Shown here: piece after piece, positions 52,301 to 64,000 of the stretch
Numbering within the stretch: the stretch's first letter is position 1
How the letters are laid out: each line of letters begins with the position of its first letter
NCBI GenBank assembly: GCA_964016885.1
Contig: OZ024753.1
Span: forward strand, 42,284,001-42,348,000
DNA: 64,000 nucleotides
Reading direction: 5' to 3'
Origin: Eledone cirrhosa
Lineage: Eukaryota
The notes under the pieces: model-generated
What the model saw: only the letters and a program-made list of their open reading frames with translations
Told to the model about the DNA's origin: nothing
Database searches by the model: none
Translations under genes and position numbers: made by a program

Positions 52301-55300
52301 ACATATTCAAGCGAGAGTGAGTACTGTGCTTCTGAGCAGAGCCGGTCAAGGCACCAGTTCGGATATACTGAAACAATGAAACAAAACATTTTATCATACA
52401 TATTTAACCCCTTAGCATTTACATTACTCTATATAAACTATCATATTTTTGTGGCAAAGGCTTTACCTCACATAACATTGAATCTATGAGATTTTTATGT
52501 TATTTATTTTAAGAATACCTTAACATCAGTATGAGTGGCTAATTACAGCCGGTTTAAATGCTAAAGGGTTAACAGATGTACAAAAAGTCTAATTGCTTGA
52601 AACCAGTAAAAGACTATATCTTACCTTTCTTAAGCTGCAGTCATTTTTATTAAAGCTTCTGTTAGCCAAGGAATAACTGGAGTTCAAACTAGTAACAAAC
52701 AAATACAATAAAAACATCAAGTATTTGCAACTTCGAGAAATAATTTAATCTCATATTTTAACTTGTTTTTGTTAACAAACTGAACCCCTTTAAAAAACTT
52801 CCATCATAATTTTATATAAGAACCAAGTTATGTTCCAAATATCAACTTAATAATGAGAAAGTTAGTCATATATATATATAGAGAGAGAGAGAGGGAGGGG
52901 GCTGTCCTTGGCTATATTTACATTTGTGTGTGTCTTTACTTAGCAGTTTGACAAAAACAGAGATTGATAAAATAATTACTGGAATTGTATTAAGTACTAT
53001 GATTGATTAAATCAAGGCAGTGCCCCAGCATGGTCACAGTCTTAATGACTTAAAACAGTAAAATAAATAACGTATCGCCAACTGCTAAAACATCTCATTA
53101 CGATACATAAATAAATTGTAAAGAAAAAATAATTAAATTTGAAGTGAGAAATACTTACAGAAAACTATGGATTCCTGTTAAAAGATAATAAAAATAAACA
53201 TTAAAATACATATATAAATATAAGTTTAATGTTTTAAGAAATACAGAGCCTCTGGTCATAGAAATCCCCACACAAAACAAGCTTGTCTCTCAAGCCTGGA
53301 AGCTCAGCAGGCCAGTGCTTATTCCTGGTCTTCATGGCATGAAGCGACTGAGAGTACAAGACTTCCTCCAGGATAGGACACCAGTCTATCACAGGGTTAA
53401 ACCCTCAGTTATTGCTGGTACTCATTTTCAGCTGAGTATACTGAAATGATATGTATGAAGCCTGTTACAAGGGCTACATGGCCACATGGCCAAACTCTGA
53501 TTTAGCAGTGAAAATTACCTTAAAATACTAAAATACCTAAAAACGGCCCCGAAGTACTTGAACTTCTCCACCTGCTTCAGTGTAACCCCATTCAAGTGCA
53601 GAGCATACTGGGCAGGCTTTCTTGAGTGAATGAGCCCCGTAGTTTTTGTAGCAAACCTACCTATCAGGTGCATGTCAGAGATCACCTTCCAATGAGTTAA
53701 GAAGCATCACCATGTTGTTTGCAAATATCAGCTGACCAATCCTACACCTCATGGTCTTCACAACACCTCAATTCTGGCTGACTCAATAAAAAGCACCTGG
53801 TCCACACTGTAACGTAAATAGGGTCTGGAAGGGCATCCAGCCGTAGAAACCAAGCCAAAATACAGATCCTTATGAGAAAGACATGGTCACCTGACCTGAA
53901 TTGTCTCACAAGGTGACAACCTGTCTAACCCATGAAGGTGTGGGAAATGGATGTTAAATGATGATGATGATGATGATGATGATAATGATGATGATTCATT
54001 GACTTTGTTAATATGTTGAAATAAAAGTACAAGGAACTCACCATTCTGTTTGGGTGTAGAATGTGTTGATGGAGCTGTGTATACGTTAATCAAGGTTTCA
54101 ATTTTCGCCTACAATAAATAGATTAAAAAAATATAAACATATGAAAAGGGCTGAATATAAGTTTAATGTTTTAAGAAATACAGAGCCTCTGGTCATAGAA
54201 ATCCCCACACAAAACAAGCTTGTCTCTCAAGCCTGGAAGCTCAGCAGGCCAGTGCTTATTCCTGGTCTTCATGGCATGAAGCGACTGAGAGTACAAGACT
54301 TCCTCCAGGATAGGACACCAGTCTATCACAGGGTTAAACCCTCAGTTATTGCTGGTACTCATTTTCAGCTGAGTATACTGAAATGATATGTATGAAGCCT
54401 GTTACAAGGGCCACATGGCCACATGGCCAAACTCTGATTTAGCAGTGAAAATTACCTTAAAATACTTTGTGTCCCCCGTCCCCCCCAGAAGTGTGTGTTT
54501 ATGTGCATGTGTTCATGTACCTGTATTCCAGGGTGTGTGTGTGCTCATGTACATGTATTTGTGAGAGTGGGTGTGTGTTCATTTACATGTATTTGGGAGT
54601 GTTTGTGTTCGTCTACATGTACATGTACGTGTGCATGTGATAGAATAAAGCAAAGGTGTTTCAGGAATCTCCACTAACCATTCCACAATTGAAAGTAAAA
54701 TCTGAAAGACTAAACTTCAAAAGACTTACTTCACTTTCATCCTCGTCAGAATCCTCAACATCAGCATCATCATCTTGGTCCTCGCGACCCACATTTCCGT
54801 TGCTCAACCGATCTTTCTCCTCCTTGGTACAATGTCGTTTGCTCTCAGCATTATATACATTTTCCACCTCTTCACTCATTCTTTTGCGAGCACGGCTCCT
54901 GAAAGTTTAGTAGTGTCATTTTTCCATTATATATATATATACATTTCACAAGTTAGAAAGTATTTGCACAACGTCCGTACACATACACACACACACGTAT
55001 CATAATCACCATCATCATCATTTGCAAGGGTGGGACGGGTCTTATTCAGCACAGCATCTCTCCACTTGTCACGGTCCTTCGTCATCTCCACCGTGAGCAT
55101 CAACGATCTGAGGTCTGTTCTCACCACCTCCGCCCATGTTTTTCGTGGTCTACCTCTACCACGTCTTCCTTCAACTGGCATTTCCTGGCACTTCTTCACC
55201 CATCGGTCATCCTCCACGCGCATCACATGTCCATACCACCTCAGTCTCCTCTCCTGTACACTACATTCTATCCCTCTCAGACACAGTTTCTTTCTCAACA

Positions 55301-58300
55301 CATTTATGCTGGGTCGTTCACGCACATTTACACTGCACATCCAACGGAGCATGCTTGCCTCATTTCTCTCCAGCCGTCGCATATCCTCTGCAGTTGCTGC
55401 CCATGTCTCACTACCATGCAGTAATAATATATATATTATGATTAGCAGTGGATCGGCAGTATCGGTTGAGTGTCGGACGCCATGCTTTCCAGCAGAGATA
55501 TGGCCCTTTACAGTCTGAGTTCAAATCCCGCCGATGTTAACTTTGCCTTTCATCCTTACGAGGGGTTGATAAAATAAAGTACCAGTAATGCACTGGGGTA
55601 ATTGCTGACCTTGTGCCAAAAGTAGAAACCATTACAGCACAGGTGCCACTTTAAGGTGAAAGATCTACAAGTTTATAAATACTCATGTATGTGTCTGTAT
55701 ATATATATATATATATATTACACATACATACACACCTCTTTGGATTTTGGTCTTTGTATTTATCATTACTATATATATCATCATCATCGTTTAACGTCCA
55801 TCTTCCATGCTGGCATGGGTTAGACAGGAATTGTCCCACATGAGGCAAGATTGGTCAGGAGATGTGTCTCGCTCGTAGAGGACTATCTGGCAGGTTTTCT
55901 ACAGTTAGATGCCCTTCCTAACACCAACCACATTTACAGTGTGGACTGGGAGCCTTTTACTGTGTTACCTACACGACCATATTACAATGTGGACCGTTTC
56001 TTTTTTCTTTTCCCCTTCTCTCTTTCCGCCTTTTTTTTCTCTCTCGAGAGATTTCTGGTGAGAATGAAAGCATTTTAGAATAGTTAAAACATTAGCTCCC
56101 TCCCTTGGCTTCTTACTTTAAAAAATGTTGACATTTGCTGCCACCGACAGGAGCACCACCACTGTACACACACATACACACTCTCACCATCTCTTTTCCA
56201 CAGATACAACCACTTTCATAAAATAAAACAGATTGTAACCCACCTTGTACATGGTCTGGAAGCTGTAGCTTCGTCAGCAGTTGCAACAGCAGCAGTCTGG
56301 CTGCTGTCTTTAAGTGCAGTGGCAGCAACCTTAGCTTGTTGATGCATTCGCCTGGTTCTGGTCCGCGGTTTCGTGGGACTTGAGGCTCGTTGGACTTCCA
56401 GGGAAGACGCAGATGATGAGGAGGTCACAGATATTCCGGCCTCGTGGGTCAGTTCCGAGTTACAGCTACTGGTAGTGGAGATCTTGCCCTCACTTGTTAC
56501 TTCATAACCAGAGTCAGATTCCCTACGAGTCTTAACATGGACATGTTCCTCACAATCTGGAGCATCAGCTGTCTGAGAGGCATCCTGCTTATTTGGACAT
56601 TCCTCGGTCTTGGGACTATCCTGGATTTTTGGACATTCCTCAGTCTTAGGACTACCCTGGCTTTTCGGACATTCCTCGGTCTTGGAACTACCCTGGATTT
56701 TTGGACATTCCTCGGTCTTGGAACTACCCTGGATTTTTGGACATTCCTCGGTCTTGGAACTACCCTGGATTTTTGGACATTCCTCGGTCTGAGGATTATC
56801 CCGATTTTTTGGAGAAACATCAATTTTGGGGATCTCTAATGAAGTATTTTCCTTTTTTATAACATAACTGCTGTTGTCAACTCTGTGTTCACTTTCTACA
56901 GGAGAAGCTGTTGGGGTCACTCTCTGGTTTGGAGAAATTTCATCAGGTTTACTGCAGCTAGGGACAGGACTTTTGATCTCAGCTTCTGATTCCTACAGAG
57001 ATAAAATAAAAATTGAATTTAAACAGCAATGTAGAATAATAATAACAACAATAATAAAAGTAATAATTGTTTCTACATTTGGCACAAGGCCAGCAATTTT
57101 GGGGGAGGGGAAAGTCAATTAAATCGACCGCAGTGCATTACTGGTACTTTATTTCATCAACCCTAGTGCATTACTGGTACTTTATTTCATCGACCCTGTA
57201 ACAATGAAAGGCAAAGCTAACCTCGGCTGGATTTGAAATAGCGTAACAAAAGGGTAAAAGTGTTTATAGTTATCTTAAAAAAAACCCAAAACATTCCATC
57301 AAAATTTCATGTCAGAACCTTTGTTAAGTTATATCCCAGACACCAGCTTGGCAATGAGAAAGTGAGCTGCTATATTACTAAATCTCTTGAAATTCTCAAT
57401 TAATTTCAAAACGTTAAGAAACATGGTAATGAAATGGTTAATAAAAATTGTCATTATCATCATCATCATCTAGTGTCCATATTTCCATGCTAGCATGGGT
57501 TGGACGAGTTGTCCCTTTGTGAGACAAGTTAGAAAGAAAACTAAAAGAAATAAACATACAATTTTCTAACATTTGTAAGACATACATACTTTGGTGTTGG
57601 TGGAAGACGTCTGAAGAGACGGAGGAGGTTCTTTGGATGAGGAGGAAAACGCAGGAGCTTCAGGATTAGAGGCATCAGACACTTGGTCATTTTTGGCCTC
57701 AGACACTTGGTCATTTTTGGCCTCAGACACTCGGTCATTTTTGGCCTCAGACACTCGGTCATCTTTGGCCTCAGAGACTTGGTTATTTTTGGAAGATGTA
57801 GAACATGTTTTAGATATTCCTCTAGCAGGTTGTTTCCTTGGTTTTACGGCAATCTGCACAGTTTTTTGTCTGGTAGAACGTTTTGTGTAGCTGTGGTTCA
57901 CATTATCATCTGATTCTGAATCTGGTGGGACATTCTCATCATTGCAAGTTGAAGGATAAGTTTCAAAGAAACAGAGAGGCCTTCCTGTAAAATTGCTGCA
58001 ATGGACAAAATGAAATGTGAAAAGAAATTCACTCCTCGGTACATCATCATCATCATCATTTAACGTCTATCTTCCATGCTAGCATGGGTTAGATGGGAGT
58101 TGTCCCACTTGAGGCAAGATTGGTCGGGTGACCGTATCTCGCTCGTATAGGACTGTCTGGCAGCATTTCTACAGCTGGATGCCCTTCCTAACACCAACCA
58201 CATCTACAGTGTGGACTGGGGCCTTTTTACCGTGTTACCTACATGGCCACATTACAGTGTAGACTGTGTTTTTTTTTGTCGTGACACCTACACGATCTCA

Positions 58301-60041
58301 GTTTGGACTGGATGTTGTGGTATCAACATAATTTTATAGAGAAAAGGTGGTGTTGGCAGGAGTGGGAGGATGGAGTAGGGGTAGTGGGTTGGGGTGTGTA
58401 TTTGGTTAATAAAAATATCTTAATATATTTGATACAACAACCAAACAATTTTATAATGGTCTCAGAAATCAGCAAAATATTCTTTACACCAAAGAGAGAA
58501 GAATCCCAGACATGTTCCTGATAGCAGGTATGGAACTCCTCCCATCTTTTTAATTTTCTCTTTGTTTTTGTCACTTCTATAAACTGTATTCTTGTTAATA
58601 AAGTCCATATTAAATAATGTTTGTTGTTTTTATAAAATTTCTAAAGCTTAGCATTTCCATCCTTGAATTTATTAAAATGTTTGTTAATCATTAAAATTAA
58701 TGTAAATGTAAACGAAGGCATGTACGTGGCCTAGTGGTTACAGTGTTAAACTCATAACCATAAGGCCGTGGGTTTGATTCCTGGACCCAGTGGTTTGTTG
58801 TGTTCTTGAGCAAGACACTTAATTCCACATCACACCAGTCCACTCAGTTGGGTGTTAACTAACTCCTGCAATGGACAGGCATCCTGTCCAGGTGGGGTGT
58901 CTTTCCCTGATAGAACTAGGAGCCCCTCTCATTAAATCACTTGATATACCCCCTATGAGGCTGGTTAAACCTACAAATGTGTGAGCTGTAAAACAAAAAA
59001 ATAACATGGAAAGAGACCCCTTTGTAGTCATGGATACACCCATGACTGAATGAAAAAAAAAACAAAAAAAAACACACACCTAACAAAGTTAATGTAAAAC
59101 AATTTTCACTAATTAATTAATTCAGGTAAAAGAAATGTCTTCTGCTCACCTGGATCGACGTATAAATGAAGGTAGTTCACTCCGTTTATTTCGGATACGG
59201 CGCTGTCTAGCTGATGGTGTCTTGGGTAACACTTGGAGTTGAGAACTGCAAAAAAAAAAACGAAATTACTAAAAATTGAAGTTGACCCTTTTGTATGACC
59301 TTATTTTTTATGAAATAAACCCTATTTTAATTTATTGAGGAAAAATTTTGAGGGATTTACTGAAATTATTAATCAATTCATTACTAAGGTTGTAGCTTAA
59401 TATAGGGGCTATTATATGAAATTATGTTGGAAGATTCTAATTTTAAAAAATGAAGGACCCGTCGGAAGGAATGTATAAGAGGAATCAGATGTAATGTGCC
59501 TCATTTTTAATCAACCCTGAAAGGACAAAAGCCAAAATTGACCTTGGTGGGATTTGAACTCATGGCAAAGCATTCTATCTGATGTTCTAACAACTCAGTC
59601 ATTTCACCATCTTTGACAACTGAGAGAACTGCATGAGGAGAATTTGGTAGAAGCTAGTATGGTCAGAATCATGTAATGACTTCCAGGAATTTAACAAAGA
59701 AATAAAACCAGTTGCCACCAATGAAGGAAGAAGAGAAAATGTCAATGTGGAAAATTTGGAAGAATTCCTGGAGTCTCAGGAAAATATCCATGATATAACA
59801 ACAGATTTTTTTTATGAATTAATGGTAAGAAGGCCAGTCTACTCCTTAACCTGGTTCATAATTTCATTACTATATCAGATCTTAATTAAACTTGTCTTTT
59901 TGTTTATTTAATTTTATCAAACCTGTTGAAGTACAATGTCTAACATGACATTGTCTGAGATTATCAGTTAATGTTGGCGGATTATGTGAGGTGGGAAGGT
60001 TTTATCATGTCACCACAACTGAGTGGATGAATTTAGTAGTA

Positions 60042-60090
<49 letters not shown>

Positions 60091-62146
60091 AAGGAAAAGC
60101 GAAGTAGTTTCAGATGTTCAAGTCCTTTAATAATAATGCTGTGATATATATTTCAGTGACGACACTGGCCACACTGTTCTGTGTGCGAGTGTCGTGTCAT
60201 CATCAGACAGCTTGTTACATAATAAGGTTATGTTTCCGAGGCAATCCAAATTGGATCGACAAGGGAACGGATGAATTGCGTGTTCTTGGGTTTTTCATCC
60301 GCTCCCTTGTGAGCACCAATTCATCCCCACCGGCTTGCGCAAGCGCATGTCCGAAGGAAGTTGACCATTCTCCACCGCAGACTTCAACGAAATATATGTA
60401 CTCTGTGTTTTTGCATTTATTCACTGTTGGTTCTGTTCTTTTCTTTTGTGTACTTTATGTCTGTTTTTCTTTGATTTTGTTCCATGTGATGGAAATTAGG
60501 ACTGTGTACCAGATTCACTAATGCCTGGAGCCCTGTAGTTATAATGCACGACACTGTCATTCAATATGTGGATAGAGTAACTGTGACACTAGAATCCCTC
60601 TCAGAACATATTACTTAAACACCTCTCTCCATATTATTTACTCACTTCAGTCTATATTTTTACGCACCTCAATCCGAATTATCACCTGAAAAGAATTTTT
60701 TAAATTCTTTTTTAATTCTTTAATTTCTAATTGTTAATTTCTTAATTGTTTAATTTATAATTTCTGATATTTGATTTAGGATTTTAATTTTTATTTCCAA
60801 CTCTCACTCTTAACTTCCAACGTAAAACCATGATACCTAGAATAAGTTTATTTTCCCTAATAAGGTGATGGTCAGTCGTACCGTCAACGCTTAGTGAGGG
60901 GTAGTATTATGACCTGTAAAAACTAACACTCTCCCATCTCCTCCGGCTCTCGGCTGACTGCCACAGCCGTGATGGGTAGCAGTAAAATATGGTACAGGCA
61001 TTGGTGGGCCATTGTTTTGGATGACAGGGTGAACTGACTAAGCAAATTTCGTTGAAGTCTGCGGTGGAGAATGGTCAACTTCCTGCGGACATGCGCTTGC
61101 GCAGACCGGTGGGGATGAATTGGTGCTCACAAGGGAGCGGATGAAAAACCCAAGAACACGCAATTCGTCCGTTCCCTTGTCGATCCAATTTGGATTGCCT
61201 CGGAAACATAACCTTATTATGTAACAAGCTGTCTGATGATGACACGACACTCGCACACAGAACAGTGTGGCCAGTGTCGTCACTGAAATATATATCACAG
61301 CATTATTATTAAAGGACTTGAACATCTGAAACTACTTCGCTTTTCCTTATTCGATATTTACTCCGTCACTCCTATGTGGAAAAAGTAGGTTGAATTGAAT
61401 TGCATCAATGTTTACCCTAATATATATATATATATATATATATATAATCATAATCGTTTAACGTCCATTTTCCATGCTTGCATGGGTTTCATGAGTTGTC
61501 ATATATATTTATATCCACTCTCTTGCTCTGGGACCCTGACTCCAGCCTGACTAGGAGTAGGAAGCTGTCATTCCCTGACATTATCTCAAGGGATACGGGA
61601 ATCAGTAGACAGGACCTGGGAGCAGCGATGGGGGACAGGGAATTCTGGGGCATGAGAGTGAGATCCATCATCTCGACAGTAGTCGACGAATGATGATGAT
61701 GATGATATAGATATCATCATCATCATCAAACGCCTGCTTTCTCTGCAAGCAATATTGGATCGTGTGAGATGGAAAGGTTTTATCATGTCACCACAAACAA
61801 GTGAATGAATTCAGTAGTAGTATTAGTAGTAGTAGTAGTATTAGTAGTAGTTGTAGTTTAGTGCACTTGTCGGACACCCATGTTCTAGACAGTTACCTAG
61901 TTGGTCTTATGGCAATAAACAAGTTTAAGAAAGGAGTATAACATACCTCTGACACTAACCTAGTTCACCTTATGGCAATAAACAAGTTTAAGAAACAACA
62001 TACCTTTGAAAAGCAGCTTTAGCTGTCTCCAGAATCTCATCAAGCCATGTGAAATGCTCTTCAAAGCCTTCCAAACATTCGTGAACAAACAAATCACTCT
62101 GCTGCACTAAATCCAAACCCAAGGTATGGGGGATTGTTATAGCCAT
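44245..62146 (-). CDS. INCENP: Inner centromere protein (INCENP), 17 coding exons, 1001 aa
   Basis: GT-AG, phase-consistent exons: 62146-62004, 59245-59150, 57995-57590, 56992-56244, 54898-54730, 54108-54042, 53174-53159, 52688-52625, 52367-52218, 51552-51452, 50533-50366, 49881-49806, 48706-48492, 47549-47453, 47125-46947, 46139-46021, 44435-44245 (3006 nt). It has N-terminal WLDEILETAKAAF and LPKTPS, an E/K/R-rich single alpha-helix, and an IN-box YDIDDLKSDDSTDEE..KPIPKWAQG...PDLNAMF..RFNHRSSSAHW. Confidence 0.93.
44570..44893 (-). mobile_element. Young SINE copy (twin of 41137-41463)
   Basis: About 325 bp, with only scattered substitutions relative to the 41.1-kb copy. Confidence 0.8.
44995..45060 (+). 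ncRNA. Minimal type I hammerhead ribozyme motif in a (TA)n-flanked element
   Basis: uauuuugu CUGAGGA agg...ccu GAAA u-auau-a UA augaaaua. The downstream tail (45070-45190) is homologous to the minus-strand fragment at ~20065-20195. Confidence 0.75.
45675..45710 (-). ncRNA. Very compact hammerhead-like motif
   Basis: Minus strand reads ucuu CUGAUGA u-gga-cuagca-ucc GAAA cg UU aaga. Palindromic AACGUU replaces stem III, suggesting a dimer-type motif. Confidence 0.55.
46685..46910. repeat. ~23-25-bp minisatellite
   Basis: Unit tgaccagtccaacccctgctacaa, ~9 imperfect copies. Confidence 0.85.
47200..47390 (-). mobile_element. 3' end of a LINE (CR1/L2-like) with an (ATT)n tail
   Basis: The same gagttgtagtgcacctgagcactgtacacaataatttcat tail occurs at ~1455-1670 (twice), 8605-8650 and 21738-21890. 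The clade assignment is tentative. Confidence 0.6.
50550..50815 (+). mobile_element. RTE-clade LINE 3' fragment
   Basis: Encodes a decayed ERRLRWYGHVMRMEDDRWVKKC...RGRP*KTW; homologous to 55020-55420. Confidence 0.8.
51195..51435. repeat. ~50-bp minisatellite (~4.7 copies) next to an INCENP donor
   Basis: Unit aaaaggggttaa...gtagattaaagctaaacttgagatggtttggttt. Confidence 0.85.
55020..55420 (-). mobile_element. RTE-clade LINE ORF2 C-terminal fragment (5'-truncated)
   Basis: Peptide HGSETWA...RRLERNEASMLRWMC...ERRLRWYGHVMR...GRRGRGRPRKTW...DRDKWR followed by a (GAT)n tail. Confidence 0.88.
60087..61420. mobile_element. (TA)n-flanked element with 307-bp inverted arms, each carrying a hammerhead core (Penelope/retrozyme-like)
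   Basis: 60087-60393 is the near-perfect reverse complement of 61046-61352. The hammerhead gcugu CUGAUGA [long stem II] GAAA u-auau-a UC acagc lies at 61228-61301 (+) and 60138-60211 (-). Confidence 0.85.
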
Positions 62147-64000
62147 ATTCTTAGCGAATCAATTTTCAAATGTTGAATGTTAAAAAAAAAATTTTTTAAA
62201 TCTTAAACTGAAACAGAAAAAAATATAAAACCTATAACATCAATGAAGTAGAGAAAAATACAAACAAAATAACAGCAATTAATTATCATTAATACAAGTG
62301 AACAGATCGTTGTCAAGTGAAAATTTTCAGTATTAACCCTTTAACATTTACATTACTCTATATTTACTATTGTATTTTCATATCTCACATAATATCAAAT
62401 CTATGAGATTTTGATATTTATTTTGAGAACAATACCTTAACATCATTATGAGGGGCCTGTTATGGCCAGTTTAAACAGAAAGAGGTGAGAGAGTTCCGGC
62501 CAGATACAGCCAGTTTAAATGCTAAAGGGCTAAAGTAAAGATTTTAATCTTTAATGTGATGCGGTCATAGTGCTGTTTTGTCTTGACTGTAGTTAAATGT
62601 GATAGCGAACTGTCTGATTTTTCTATTCCAAAATAAAATTTGTTTGAGAAGCTTTAGTGACCTGTTCATTGGTATGGAGGGATAGTTATAGAAAGTCTAG
62701 CAACAATGGTGTTGCTTCAGCCCAGTGGCAGGAACAAGTAAAAGAATCTATACTATAACCATTTGAATTAATCTAGTTTTTAGATGTTTTCTGCTAAACC
62801 ATTAAAGGATGTTAAGAGTTAATATCAATATATCAACTAGGGAAATGAAAGTAGCACCAAAATTCTTGAAAATAAATCTAGTTCTGCTTTATTTCTACAA
62901 ACATTTATTCTTTTGATATGAAACCTCCCCCATGGGTCTATAGGAACCCTTTAACTCTTTAATGTTCAAACCGGTCAGAATTCTCTAACCTCTTTCTGTT
63001 CAAACCGGCCACTTAAACTGATGTTAAGGTATTTTTCTCAAAATAAATACACTCAAAATCTTTTAGATTCGATATTATATGAGGTAAAGCCTTTACCATG
63101 AAAATATAATAGTATATATAGAGTAATGTAAATACTAAATGGTTAAAATGGGTCCTTTGGGTTTTAATTAAACCCGTTGATACCGAACTGTGATTGGGTC
63201 TACAGGAACCCTTTAAAATGGGTGGTATGGTTTTTTTTTAAATTTAACCTTTTGATACCAAATCACCCAATTATAGGTTTTTATATAAATATAAACACTT
63301 TAACTGCCCTGCTTGTTAAAGTGTTTATATTTATATAAAAACCTATAATAATTTGAAATGTGTGTGCCCCAATACAAATGGCCATAATAATTGTTTCTAC
63401 TTTGGCACAAGGCCAGCAATTATCCCAGTGTATTACTGGTACTTTATTTTATGAATCCCGTAAGGATGAAAGGCAAAGTTAATAATAATAGTTGTAGAGA
63501 AACAATTGAGTAAGTACTCCTGGATATGGAAAAAGTGGGGATACTCCCTCTCTATTCCCAAGATGCTTTATTCGATTTTTTTCAACTATTATTATGGTCA
63601 TTTGCTTTGGGGTGCACACATTTCAAATATAATTTTCTCAATGCTTCGTATGTCAACCGTTTATATAGCAATATACTATAACTGTTTAAGTTTTACTTTG
63701 TGTGTGTGTTTGTTTTGACACGAGAGAGAGGTGGACAGACAGATAGAGACCGAAAGAGAGATGTGTGGAGAGACAGACAGACAGAGCACTAGCAATCAAA
63801 ATTAGACATTAAATAAAAAAAATGTTAATTATTATCGAGGGGTTTACTGCAGAAAACAAAATGACAATTTTCCCCTCACTCTTCAGAAGAAGAAAAGAAA
63901 AAGAAAATGACCCCCTGCCCTCTTCTCTATCTGGGTCAGTCTGGAAAGATGTCATAGGCATCGTTTTTCTTCTCAGACCAGAAATATGTTGCACTTAAAA

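Noticed and set aside
60114-61325. Paired 135-aa and 95-aa ORFs with identical N-termini
   Set aside because: These are mirror translations of the inverted arms, with no recognisable domain.

Overview
Repeat-rich eukaryotic genomic DNA. An octopod cephalopod is inferred from the SINE/MITE families and the (TA)n/(CA)n density; this is not proven. Three complete genes were reconstructed by hand: intronless DCTN4 (-), 14-coding-exon GPR155/LYCHOS (+) and 17-coding-exon INCENP (-). There are also probable 5' exons of an AKAP-like gene (-) that runs off the left edge. Most long ORFs in the supplied track are artefacts of micro- and minisatellites. Two things stand out. (1) A GC-rich ~385-nt minus-strand island (18321-18705) between the divergent DCTN4 and GPR155 starts folds into a hairpin-H-hairpin-ACA domain and carries telomere-complementary motifs; it is a candidate telomerase RNA, although no canonical pseudoknot or P6.1 was found. 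(2) At least five loci of (TA)n-embedded elements carry type I hammerhead ribozyme cores (Penelope/retrozyme-like). Several exist as fold-back inverted duplications inside host introns, so the ribozyme would be paired with its own antisense copy. All folding was done by eye.
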